A DNA stretch of 61,575 bases, the filler included, from Choristocarpus tenellus KU-1152 (taxonomy: Eukaryota; Protista; Phaeophyceae): NCBI GenBank assembly GCA_964200185.2. It is 7 parts of 7 records of this genome, joined end to end, with 100 filler letters (N's around TTAATTAATTAA, not from the genome) between each part and the next. Parts side by side here need not be neighbours in the genome. Positions count along the whole stretch, not along the records: positions 23,296 to 46,161 come from CAXNAD020000275.1; 6 more parts are not named here. One strand, 5' to 3'. The position numbers and the translations under genes were made by a program. Numbering within the stretch: the first letter of the stretch is position 1; every line of letters starts with the position of its first letter. Under the pieces are notes generated by a model. That model was not told where the DNA came from, made no database searches, and saw nothing but the letters and a program-made list of their open reading frames with translations. Below are positions 26,262-40,000 of the stretch, in pieces.

Positions 26262-29200
26262 ATGGCTACGATCACACGTGACCCGTGCTCGCAGTCGAAC
26301 CCTTCCGAGGTTGCGGTCACGCATGCCTCCCTGGACCTCGAGGTGGACTTTGCAACAAAGACAATCAAGGGCTCGGTTGAATATGACGTCGAGATACAGG
26401 TGTGCAAATCTCCAGTAGATCTAAAAGTTGCGGGTAAAACACATTGCTCATCTCCAGGAATCCTTGAAGGTGTAGATATCAATCGCCCCAAAATGATTTG
26501 ATATGAATGGACAAGCATTGATGCACAAAGGGGCTATGCTTGCTTACGTGTTGTACACAGTATGGTGCGTGCCATTTGCAGAGATGCTCTGCCGACAGTC
26601 TTTCTGTTGATATATATAGCTTACTTGTGTGATTGGAGTCCATGGTGGCAGTAACACGAGGGGTGCCGCCCTCCCAGTGCATACGGCCTCTTTAACTTGT
26701 TGTGTGTAGTTTAGCACCCCATGATTTCCCCGAAGATGGAAGAAACTCCTCGCTTAGGACACAATTCTAATGCGATCTTCCTTTACCGTCGGACGTACAT
26801 AGGAAGTGATGTGAAAGAGAGGCACTTGGCAGTCACCTGTGGCGTGTCTCCCCCATCGCACTGCAACTGGTTCAACTGTTGTCTGTATAAGTATGGCGTT
26901 GCCACTGCGTAAAGAACAGACCACAGGGATTGGCTTAACGATGAGGGCTGAGTTCCCCCTTGGTATCTGAGGGCACTATAATGCAAAACGAAGAGCCTGA
27001 GTTTTGTCAAGTTTCTAACGTTTTTCCCAACAATAACAGCGTTCAGTAGTGGTCGCTTTGGATCACGAAAGCTGACCAGTTAGGATCGCCTTAGTCCCTC
27101 AAATTCCCCCATTTCTCATTCCCCCTCCTCGACTATCTTCCTTTGTACCGTGGGGATCGGTTCGTTGCTGCGCAAACACCCACCTCCTGCTCTACGTGTC
27201 TTGCTTCAAAGCACACAAGCACAGAGTGCTACAGTACTTGAGCATAGTTACTGGTACGAGGTTTAGCATGTTGTTTGTGCTATTCATGCCGTTCACAGGC
27301 ATTGCTGTTGGTAATGTTGGAGATTTTGTATGGTTGTTCATTACGCGGAAGTCCAATCTGCCCGCATTCCTATCCCTTGAAGCTTTCTAGATGAGCCATA
27401 TTGGGTCAATTTTGGCCACAGGTACTTGAATATCTTGAACTCCTGCATTGTATGGCTCGAACGTATATTTTTTGTATGTGTGGGAGGCTGTCACAGCTGA
27501 AATAGGTCAAGTGCATTCAATCCTGTTGCCAAGAACAAGTTAGGCATGCCGAACTTCTGTGGGAAAGAGGAGATATAACTGTGCCCTTAACTATAGATCA
27601 ACAAAACACCCCCGTATGCGTGCCTGTGTGTTTGCCTTCCTTTCTTCCTCACATACTCCTATGTGCGTGTGATGGGCCTCTGTGGCGGTTCTTGTGTGTG
27701 TGAATTTGAGCAGGAGGATGGAGCAGAAAGGTTTGTTATGGACACAAGTAAGCTAACTGTTGCATACATCAAGGTGGGGGCAAAGCCAGCGCGGTTCCTT
27801 CAACATCCCCCACACAATGTCTTTGGCAACGCGCTGGAAGTGTTCCTGCCTAAGGAAGAGAGCAACAGCGCTTATGCCAAGGGCGATAAGCTGAAGGTGA
27901 CAAGTGTGGACTGGGAGTTTGATTGTGTGTATGTCATGTGAATGTTGGGAGGGTTAGACAAACAATTATTGTTTGCCGCTATTCCGCCTGTTGTGTCCAC
28001 TTGTTGTCTGGTAGAAACATGTATCACATCATGGTATGATTCTTAGTCATGGTATGATTCTTGATGTGTGGGAGGGTGTGTGTGCGGGGGGGTGAGGAAT
28101 GCGTAAATCATAAGATGATGTCTTTGACCTTTTAAGAGCTTGTACCTGTGCACTGTAAAATCCACAACTATATCTCGACTGCATATGAGATGTTTTTTGT
28201 TATAATTATTTTATAGTATTTGTATTTTAGTAGATTATACATCAACATCAGGTCAAGGTTGGGTTGTGGACCTCAACACAGACACAAAAGGACATCGATG
28301 TTGGACCTTGAGTAGTATGCTGATCTCTCTGTTTGAACAGACGACTGTACTGTACATGTACCGCATCCATATAATCCTTTTTGTTCCCATGTATTGAGTG
28401 TATTTCATTTGTTTTTTGTATGTGTCAAAATGCCAGGTCAAGGTGGGTTTCTCAACATCTCCTCAGAGCACAGCGGTGCAATGGTTGCCGCCAGAGCAGA
28501 CTCATGGGGGAATGAGGCCGTATCTCTTCACCCAGTGCCAGGCGATCCATGCCCGCAGCTTGCTGCCTTGCCAGGACAGTCCCGCAGTCAAGGTGATTTG
28601 GCGTGTGTGTGGTAGTTTAGAGACTTTGTATTGGATATGTTAATGGGCATGGGAGGAGTGGATTGGAGGGAGTTTATGAATGCCTTTTCTTTGTGGAGGG
28701 GGTGTTTCTGTTGTGGGTGAAGTGGTTGGATGTTTGCTTGTCTTTTTGTTGGGAATGGTTATTGTGTGGTAGTTGCGATTTTGTGTTATGTTTTGTTGTG
28801 TTGTACTGTGTTGATGAGGCATATCTGGTCTTGGTGTGGCGTTGTATGGAATGGATGTTGTGATTTGTGATTTGTGGTTAGTGGTACTGGGTTTATGTGT
28901 GTGCAAGGTTGCAGTCCATGGAGTCATGAATGCAGAGGGTGCAAACTCTTTTCTGTTACTCCAAACACGTGGACAAGGACACACACACACACAGGCACAC
29001 ACACACATGTTTATTCCGCGAGAGATTGGGCTAAAGTAGGGAGGGTTTTATACCTTAAAAATCGTGATATTGGTCAATCTGCATGTATATGTATGTACTT
29101 ATGTTGGGAATGTGCTGGAGTGCTTATGTGCATGTTGGTTTGAAGAGCAAACTGGAGGTATCTTGTCAGAGCTCTTTTGATTTTCTCTCTCTAGAATCTA

Positions 29201-32200
29201 TGTGAGAGTCTATGTTTCTGTTGGTGTAGCCCCAGGTATATGGAGTGTATACATGTTGGGTCATATTTGAAGAGTAGGAGTAGGGAGTGGTTGTGTCTTG
29301 GTTAGGCCTGTTTTTGATTGAACGACCAATCTTTTTGATCCTATAACAAGTGAAATGAACAAGAATGGTCCTTTGTCAAGGATTTCAATTGAAGTTCATG
29401 AATCTTTGTGGTTATTCAGACCAAAATGGTTTTTGCTGCCAAGGGCTGGTATAGGAGAGGGAGGGAAAAAATCGTTAATGCATTTGGTTTTGGTTCTTGA
29501 TTGTAATTTGTATGAGCAGCATTAAGGTGATCATTGAAGTACATACAGAAGCTTGTAAGACATTTGAAAGTTAGTGATGTGGAGAACTCCCACATACGAT
29601 ACAATAAAGAGCCTCGCAAGGTGTGGAAACTGTCTTGTTTTCTTTTCCACCTTGGTGTATGGATGCCAAGTGCACATCTTCGTAATAAGCACGTGAAGGA
29701 GACATGCTGCTTGTGCGTCTGGAAGTATTTGGTGAAAGTAAGAACCTAATATTGTGTACATTACATAATCATGGGGGGTGACCTTGCATATTTAACATTG
29801 AAGATCAGAAAATCAGCAGTATGGGATCTGCGCACGTATGTATTACAATGGGTCTTACCCATGATGATTTTGGACACACCAAAAAAGAGTTTTTACAGCA
29901 TCTTCGTTGAGGTACACATTTATCAGGTTTGAAATGATATGGAAGAATAAAGCATCTTTAAGATTCTGCAGTGGTTGAAATGCGTTACCTGCTAGGAAGT
30001 AGGTTCTTGCTCCTGCCGATCCAACCGTTCACCTGTATATTACCTGTATCATATGTATGTTACAAATAGATTTTACATAGGATACAATTTCACCAGGTTG
30101 CTGAGGAAAATCCTGACTCAAGTTATGAATGTGGTTTTATTATTTATTTTTATAGTCTTAGGTAGTGTGTGTACCCATTTTTGATGTTGGGTTGAGGTGT
30201 TTGAGGGTTGGTTATGGGCAAGGAGGTTGTTGGTCCTGGTTGTGATATTTTCACAGATGAAAGGGAAAGACCTATTTTTTTTTTGTTCTCCATCCACTTA
30301 CATAGAACACAAACATGTACACTGTAATGGAAGGCAGATGAGATTACTACGGTGGTGGTCTGTGTTTTAGTAGGGTTAGTGGAATTATCGATGTTAGGTA
30401 TTGTATGTAGTGGTTCAAGGAGTACCATTTTCATTTGGTGCTGTATGTGCTGTATGTGCTGTATCAGTGGAGATACGATAACACTATAGATTTGTAAGCA
30501 TTGTATGTACTGTGGTATAATGTACTGTACTGATGGCCTATTATTATAGCGCCAGTGTCTTTCCTTTGAGCATTTTATGTGCCAATGAAGTGTTTATGGT
30601 GGCATGATCCAGGTGGTATTGTATGCTACTGTACTGTACCGATTGAGTACTATCATGGTGCCAGAGTAGCCTGTAACAGCGTTTTCCTATTACACACATA
30701 TGCATACATACACGCAGATAACCTATGATGCGAAGGTGACCGTACCTTCTTGGGCCACGTGTCTCATGAGTGCCTTGGCTGTGGAAGCAACTTCAGGACC
30801 AGGGGAGGGGAAGGGGGAAGATGGTACCCGCACATTCTGTTGGACGCAGCCAATGCCAATCCCATCATACCTGATTGCTATTGCTGTTGGTGCCCTGGAG
30901 TCAAGGGACATAAGCCACAGGTTGGTTTGTAGCTGTTGGTACTACTTTTGATACTCTACTGTAAGCAATTTTATCTTCTTCTTTCTGTGCTTTTTTTATA
31001 TTTTTCGTTTTTCTTTCCTTGAAATGTTTGGAGTTCTTTTGTTTCAGCATTATGTGGAGCTCTGCTTACAGGTTTGATACATATATATATATATATATAC
31101 ATACATATATGTTTATACCAATATTGATGGGGTGAGGAAGTTGGTAGTACGAGCAGCAAATACACTGTTGGTGGATGTTCTATAAAGAGAGTTGTTCTGG
31201 TGTTGAGATTTTTTATTTGCACAAATACCCTCAATTCAATACTCCCATTTTGTTATGTCAACAATCTTGGCATGGCTCATTTCTGTTACCTGGCCATGTT
31301 CCATCCCGTGCATAGAGTGCTTCACCTTTGTTCTGGTTAGCTGATTGTCCTGTGGTTTAACAATGTGTTTTTTTGTGCCACAGTGTGGATGGTATTGAGG
31401 TTGGTATCAACAGTACGTAAGGGTGTAACTCCTCGATTTTGTGGCTCTTGTGCATGTTGTACCTCCACCCTCTCAAAGAGACTTTGAGTTTTGTATTTGA
31501 TGGGTAGTTCTTTCCTCAAGCAGACCCTCAGTCATGAAGGGAAGATGCTTGTTTGGAGTCCTGCCACAGGTCTCCTCTCCTGTAAGGTTATATTGAAGTG
31601 TGAACTTGCCTTATTGTTTTGCAGATATACTGTACATATGTACCCACAGTTTTCAGTTGTGTAGGCTCACCAATACACACATTCACATCTTGCACACATC
31701 TTAGGCATTTTACCACACTATGTTGTCTGGACAAGCTTTGTTGTATGCAATGCTAAGAATTTTTCGTTATGTATGCATTATGTAGTCCATGTTGAACCAG
31801 GTTCCACATTGATTTTCCTGCTGATACAGAACGCTCATTATTCTCTTTTTATCTCTCCTTCCCGCCCCAACTGCCCAAAACATTTCAACATGAATAACTT
31901 CTTTTTTATTTTTTCTATAACAGTATCACTACCGTTTTCTGGTTAATGCTTGTGTATGGTAGATATCCCCTACCCTAAACCTTTGGAAGGAGGAAATATC
32001 TTCACATTCTTACCAGGTGCTCTGTACTTGATGAAATGTCTTTTGGTTGACTACTGAGAATACCAGTTAAGTACACACTGACCCACACACTGAAAAGTAC
32101 GCTACTGCAGTATATAATGTAGAAATATTTCCCAAAAATGCCTGCTCAGGTGTCGAATCTGGGCTGAGGATGGGGTTGTGGATAAGGCAGCATATGATTT

Positions 32201-33970
32201 CTCCCAGACTGAGGAATTCCTAGCAACTGCAGAGACATTGGTTGGTCCATATGAGTGGGGTCGCTATGATGTACTGTGCCTTCCTCCATCTTTCCCATAC
32301 GGGGGCATGGAGAACCCATGTCTGACTTTTGTCACACCCACTCTGTTGGTGAGTAGGAAATAGCATTCATTTAGTTGTGCTGTGGTAATAGTAAGGTTAT
32401 GAGTGGAAGGGATAGGGGGTATGGTTCAAAGAGGAATGTTTACACCGATGGAATGACCTAGGTGTTGAATTTGGCCAATGGGATGCATGCGTTTGCCTCA
32501 CGCACGACCTCTGTATAATTCTGTCAGTATTGATGCCACTGTCTCTTATGTGTGTGACTCACATTATGGTAGGATTGGGGCTAGGTTTTGGGTTAGCCCA
32601 GAGCTGCTGCATGGTAGGTATGTGTGAGCTTGCAATTACCTGTTGACTGGCTTCAGTGGAGGGGGGAGTGGGTGACAGCAGTTGAAATATATATGTCAAT
32701 GTTTTGATATAACTTGAGCCAAGAATATGACTCCACTTTTGCAAATAGGCTGGGGACAAGTCTTTGGCGTTTGTGATAGCTCACGAGATCAGTCACAGCT
32801 GGACTGGGAACCTGGTAACAAACTCCACATGGGAGCACTTCTGGCTTAATGAGGGATGGACCGTGTGGCTGGAGAGAAACATCATGTCTGAGGTAGGATA
32901 AGAACTGTACTAAGTATTGAATTTAGCACATGAGCAAAGGAGGTATTACCGTTGAGCTAAAATACACCATATTGACCAATGGATTATCCTAGCTGTCTCA
33001 GCGAGCCAATTTGATGTGTTGTCCCTATGCGACATTTCCAACTTTTAACCCTCTTTGTTTGAATGTTGGCATCACTCCCAAGAGTCTATTTATTTTCTGA
33101 TTAGTTAAATGGTTACCATGAACATAAGAGTTATTTCATGCCTTATTGTCGGTCTACCGTACCAATATGAAGGTGGTAATGGATGGATGAGGGTTTTTTC
33201 AGAGGGTCAGGGTTGGGGTTATAGTCGATATTGTTTTGGTGCATATTTGTGTGTGGTTGTTTTTATCTGTCTTTGGTATGTTTGTGTGTGGAGAAAGGAT
33301 TGGAGGGGGGGAAAGTGAGAGGGTGGGGGAGGGGGGGAAGAAAGTTGTTTTCTTCCAGGTTGTGAATGGAAGATATATATATATATATATATTTGATTAA
33401 TTGTTTATGTAGTTCCTATTGTAGTGCTACTGTTGTAAGCAATGGGTGCACTCTTGCTGTTAACTATGTTTTCTTGTTTGCTGTTTCTCCTCCATGGCAA
33501 CATCTGCAAGATGTCAGTGGGTGTGCAAAATTAAGCTGATTTTTCTGTTGTTGCTCTGTTCTTTTTCTATAATTTTCTTGAATAGGTTACCGGGAACCCC
33601 TTCTATTACTCATTCAGTGCCAAGCTGAAATGGGCGCATCTCCAAGATGATGTGGCTCGGTATGAGTTGAACAGGGAGGGGGCTTTGACGGTATTGTTGC
33701 CCAATCTAGAAGGTATTGATCCGGACGACGCCTTCAGGTGATGTTGATACACTTTTATTGACATTTCGTTTTTTCTGTAGCCTGTGCTGCTCTTGTTGAT
33801 TGCTGTGTTTTTTTTTTGTTTCGAGTGATGGGATGGGACCCTCGTTTCTTTTCGATTATTTTTATTACCTGGTTATTAAATGATGAATTTGTAGTACTGA
33901 TCAGGGCTCTGTCTGGTTGAGTTGCTGAAATGTAGAAATGCATTGCATCGTGTACTTCAACTTTTTAAAA

Positions 33971-34004
<34 letters not shown>

Positions 34005-37000
34005 ATTACAGCAAACACAGGCATGTTTCTCCCGTTGCCTGTGGTTCTTTTTTTTTGTTTCAGGGGACAGATTTATTTGGTCAAGTACATGGTATAATGC
34101 TGGCCATCCTCGTCATTCCCCTGACACATCGCGCATAGTTTGATGGTGCTTGTGGTATGCTTCTATTGACAGTATCTTCTTCAACCATCTTATTGCTGCC
34201 TCAATCACAACCTGCCCAACTATTGGGTGCTAGTTGAAATAGTGGCAGGGCCTTCTCTGCCTCTCTTAGCTTTTATAGAGTTATTGTTCTTTTTGTGTGT
34301 TTTTGAATTATTTATTTGTTTCAACATTTGTGTTATTTCTCCTTTGGCTACCTCTTGACTGCAGGTTTGGGACACCTCAGGCTGGTGTAAAGAGCAATAA
34401 TACAAGCAATGGTATGTAGTCCTCAATACCTTTACCTGAACAATCTTACCACAAAAATCACTTTCCTTCATGAACCACAACCACACTGGCAAAGGAACCA
34501 ACTAAACATGCTATAATGAGCATCATAGGTTGTTCAGTTTAACCCTTTGATGTTCTATGCTAAGATATACACTACTTCACTTCTTACTCTCAAGGTCACT
34601 ATATATTTGTATGTACCCTGTGTCATGTATATATATATATATTATAATTGTGTTTTAATGTGTACAAACAACTACTATTTGAATTCTGTGATACCCTGCT
34701 TGAATACATACTGGTTATGAAGGACTCTCCAAGGGTGAGTTCACGAAAGATACAAACATATCCGCCTCTGATTAAACACGAGAAGATATGAGGGGACAGG
34801 GAGGAAGGAAGGAAGAAAAGAGTGGGAGGGGTAGCATATGATTGTACACGATTGTACATCTATTCATTATTCATTTGTTTGATTCAAGATTGCAATATAT
34901 CAATCATACATGAGGCAAGAGGTGTTGATTTTTTTTTCGTTTATTTGCAATACATAGGCTGCATACTCTACTGAAGGTGAAAGGAGGTAAGATACGGTTG
35001 TCCTCTGTATTATGATTTGGCTGACCTTTTCGATTTTGAAGAAGAAATGTCGGGTTTGGACAGTTTAGCACCCCCAACCAAACTAAGCGGTCTAAATATG
35101 TGAAGCACAAGGATGGGTACAGTACATGCCTTGTGTTCTAGTATTGGACAGGTTGGTAAAGATTGGCTATGGCTAGTTCTGCCCTCTTGAGGATGAATTG
35201 CAATGCCAACTCTACACATGTATACACGTGCACGTGGACACACACTCACTTGTAACACACACACACTTGTACACACACACATGCACATCTTCCCTTTTGT
35301 TTGCTTGAACCACCTCTGCCCCGACCATAATCCCCCCACATATGGCATGTGCTTGTTTGTATGTGTCAGCTCTGTCCCCTATGAGAAGGGGTTTGCCCTG
35401 CTGAACCAGCTGCAGAGTCGGGTAGGGGTAGAAGATTTCAAGGCCTTTGCTCTCCACTACATCTCCACCTTCAGGTGAAGAATGTTTTGTAACTGTCTCA
35501 TCTCCTCTTCTCTTGCTGGTGTCACTTTGCTTTGTTGAGTTGTGCAGACAAAAAAAGGAGTATCCCTGGGGGGGTGTCCAACGTATAAATGTATCAGTGT
35601 ATATTTGTACACGCACACAGGAAAGCCAGGATGTACATATATGTAAGGGGTCATTTACTTCTTTACTCTCAGTTGTCATATATGTAAAAGGTTGCCGTTC
35701 TATATTTCAAGGCCACTGCCGAATGTTTTTGCCTCCACCCCCCAACTGCCTCGATTGTGTGAGTAGATTCCAAACATTAAAGGTTTGTGATACTTGCGTT
35801 GTGGTTTCTGTGATTTCTATTCCTGATTTTTTTTGTACTGTCGAGAAGGTTTGGTCTCTAGAAATTAATTATTAAAGGAGTTGTTTCTAGTACCTCCTTC
35901 CTCTGGTATGGCAGTTAAAAAAAAAAAATCATATCCTTGTTTTTGTTCTTGGACCTGTTTGCCTGCAGAAGAGGTTAAATTGTCTGGGTTTTTTTTTCAT
36001 ACGTAAAAAATCGCTTATCACATGATTGATTGTATGTGTCGTTTTTGCTCTTTGTTGCAATATTTCTGAGTTGCTGACTTTGATGAGAACTGGCGAGCCT
36101 GGACACATTTACTCTCTACTGTGGTGTTGTTAATGAGTTTCTTCAGTTTAAAATGGATGTAAACGGGACAGCGAGTTTCTTGGTGCTATGCAGTAATTGT
36201 AGAAGAAACCACTGCTTACATGTTTGGTTTTGCTAATGTTTTCAGGTATATTTGTAAACTAGACCTGCGATCTCCCCCATTCTCAGTTGGTGTCATTTTC
36301 TGGAGATTTTTGGAAACTTGTTGATCCACCCCATTTTGAAGTCCTTCTTTTATCCCTTCTGTACTTGTGGTGTGTTCTTATTGTGGGTTCTTGCGTAGAG
36401 TATCAGTTGCCCTTTCTTTGAAGTAAACCTTTCCAGGTGATTTTTATCAGAAGAATGGTGTCATTCTGTGCAGGTGCAGTGCCTGCTGTCTCTCTTCGTT
36501 CAGGTCATTGTGATGGATGGTTTTCACTTTGATTAATAGGTGGGCATGGTGGATTTGTGTGGTGCCACTTGTGATTGGTGTTTGCCACAGATTGGCTGTT
36601 CAAACATAAGCTGTGCTTATCATTATGATCTTAAAAGAAGATAGACTCAGGAGTCGTATCTCTAGAGGAGCGACAGCAAGACATTGTCATATTGTCAAGT
36701 AAGGAAAGAGGTGGAGTTGTTGCGTTGTGGTGGTCTGCTAATTTTGAGCAAGGATGTTATTTCTGTCTGTCTTGTGAGATTCTCTCGCAAGAAGCTCAAT
36801 CTACTGCCAGTGCTGCATACTCTTTCACCTTCAGAATACTCTCTGTGTGACCTTCGAATACTTGACCCTATTATGGGTGCTTTGGGTCCAACTTAAGCTC
36901 GACATCACCAACTGGATGATGCCACATGATGCGAACAGTGGCTTGTATACCAAAGCCATCTTCGCTGTGTAATCTTCCCTCAGCTACCCTCCAGCTCTCG

Positions 37001-40000
37001 GTTTGATCTTAAGCTGCTCCACTTATTGCCCTGAAAATCTTGCAGTAGGATTGGAATCAGACGTGACCCGTTAAGTCCTATCTTCTTGGTCTTGTTCGTA
37101 TGTAAACGTGGTGCTGATGAGGAGGATGACCACCAAAGTGGTGTATAGGGCAAGAAGAAATTCACTCGCTGTGGGCAACCAGATCACATCAATTTCTGCT
37201 GACCCCAGTATGTGCAGGCTATGGCTACATGTTTTTGTGCCTGGTTGTGTAGCCCTAGCATGGTTGTGTAGGTGGTTGAACTTTTTGTGGCATGACGGAG
37301 TTGCACCGAGGCAAGCATGAGTGCTGTTGATCTTCCTGTATAAAATGGAAGAATGTACCAGGTCATTTTGAAAGCAATAGTTCATGCTAATGTTTCGTAC
37401 CAATTGATCAACCCCAGACACCAATACCTGAGTACTTCCATTGCCATGCACACTCTAGGTAGAGTAGAACTGTCTTTATTTTTCCCCCTAGCAATTTCCA
37501 TATCTCCTACCTGCATCGCAGTGTTCCTCTCACCCAGGATGCTCCGTGATGTTTAGTAACTGCTGAGCATACATTCAGTCTCATCCCCATCACTTCCCCC
37601 CCATGGACTCCAATGAACACACCACACCCACAGTCCTTGCAGCTAAGGCAGAAGCCTCAGTCTCCATAATATTATTTTCTTGTACTGCTGCGATTGCTTT
37701 AGCAACCCTTGTAACACCACCTGTGTTGGATTCCCACCCAACCGCGCAATAGGTGCATGGTCCAAGCTGGGTATTTTTTCAGAGGATTTTCCAAGAATAC
37801 CCCTTGTTCCCGCGTTGTTCAAATCACACCCTCTGTGGGTTGGTTCTCAAACCATGTATCCCCATCTTGATCATAACAAGGCTGCTCATTCGCCTTGAAC
37901 TACCTGAAGTTCAATCCCAGAGTTGTCTTCTGTGAATCTTACTTGCCTTAATCAGGAAAAAGACATTTACATTAGGAATATTAAATTGTTGCTATGTATG
38001 CGATGCATAGTGGCAATGTGCTGATACACCCCTTGCCAGTTTTGTCATTTTGTGACTGTTGGTAGTTGAAAGGGTACAGATGTTGCGTGACAATCAGTGT
38101 AATACTTTAGGTTGTGCTTATGTCTTACGATCTCAGCGCAGTTATTGTAGTAGACTTAGCCCCCTTCCAAATTATGGGGCCTGCTCAGTAAGTCTTCATT
38201 CTCACAGGCCTTAACATCTCTACAAACCTCATTAGTCTCACCAGTGGGTTTTCAGTGATCTTATTGGTCGTTTCCAGTCAGTAGCCATTACACCACCTGT
38301 GGCATCTATAGTGTGTGAGCTGGAGTCACTGCAAACAACCTTTTTCCCCAAGGTATATTTTTCATTGTGTTGCACCTATTTCTTTGCATCCGTAGTTTAT
38401 ACTGTTGAAAGTTATTTTTCAAACTTGAATGCTCTCTTGCTCTTGCAGGAAGGGTATCATCGACTCACACACATTCCGAGACTTCTTCCTTAAGTACTTT
38501 GCCCACAAGGAGAAGGAGATTGAGGACTTTGATTGGAGGGCATGGTGAGACCAATTTCTTATGTTAAAGGTATCTGTGACGAACCACAAGTGTCCATTCT
38601 CTTCTAACCTCATTTTCCCTGCTACCTTGTTATGCTACCGTGCCCTGACCTACCATCAACACCACAGTACAAAGTATATCAAGACAAACAGAATTGCCCG
38701 TGATATTACATTGAGCGAGCAGGATGCTTTTGCCCTGCAGTCTACCGTCATTGACCTTTTATGTATCACTCAATCCTTCATCTGTTTCTTGTGTATGTTT
38801 TTGTGTGTGTGCCTGGATGGGCATCACTGTGTGTACTATGTATGTACAATGCTACTGTGATTTATTCATCATACTACCCAAAAGGCTGGAAGACCCTGGC
38901 ATGCCGCCAGAGACCCCAACTTTTGATGAGACCATGCTGGTGACCAGCAGGCAGCTTGCAGATGCATGGCTGGGAGTGGATGGACCCCCAAATGATACAG
39001 AGGAGGAGATCTTCAAGTCGTGGCCATCACTCCAGAAGGTGAGAAGGAGTCTGCAGCAGAAGTGGGACTGGGAGGGGAGGTTGTTTTTTGTGTTTGTATG
39101 GTGCTGTCAGGAGAGGGGTGTATTGTGATTCAAGAGCTGCTGTGTACATTGGTTTTATTTATTGCTGTTTTGGAAAGACTGACTGGAATTCCAAGGATTT
39201 TGTGGCATACATTTAGGTGAGCATCTGCGCATGCTGATGTGTTTTTTGTCGCAGATCTTCTCTAGAGATTGTGCAAAAGATGGAGGTATGTCTTTGTCTG
39301 TGCAGCTATGTACCTAGAGTGGTTTGGTTTATACGGTGTTTGCTTTTGTGTGCGTCTTGGTAAGAAAGGGGTTGACTACACACTACCACATTTTATCTCA
39401 GGTAGCAGAGTGCTGCTACCACTCCACCTGTGCTCTTACCCACACAATCTGTGTTTCCCCTTGCCGAGATCACAAGTGGTCACCTTTCTTGATTGAATCA
39501 AATCTCTATGTTATGTGTACACACAGCAGGTGTTCTTGCAGTATGTTATTTGATTGTGCTTATGTATGTTTTGTCTTGTTCTCTTTACTGTCTAGGTCGC
39601 ATTCCTGCAGCGGATCTTGGACAGTACAGAGGAATCTGGGAAGAAAATGTCTCTGGCATCTCTTAAGGTAACAGTAGCGATTTTTAGGTTCCATTTTTAT
39701 TGTGGTTGTCAGAAATACAGAGGTGGGGTTGAATGGGAATGAAATTCTGTTGTTGTGCATGGAATGCTTTGCAGGATAGGTCAACATGTTTTTATCGTCT
39801 TTCTCAGCACCGGGAGATTTCAGCCTTCTGTCATGGAGCTCTCTGTAGCATGACCAGCGTTTGTAGGAGGCTATTGATTGTTCTTGCTGGTTGTAGAATT
39901 TAGGGGATAATACTTGTGTATGTGTAGCATCTGGTGATTCTTGTCTTGCATAGTTTGCTTGGGGGTGAATTTGGTACTGGTTCAGCCAAGAACTGGTTCA

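Noticed and set aside
39467-39496. RSQVVTFLD as an alternative LTA4H exon
   Set aside because: It ends in a stop with no donor; exon 39596-39667 already supplies this region in phase.
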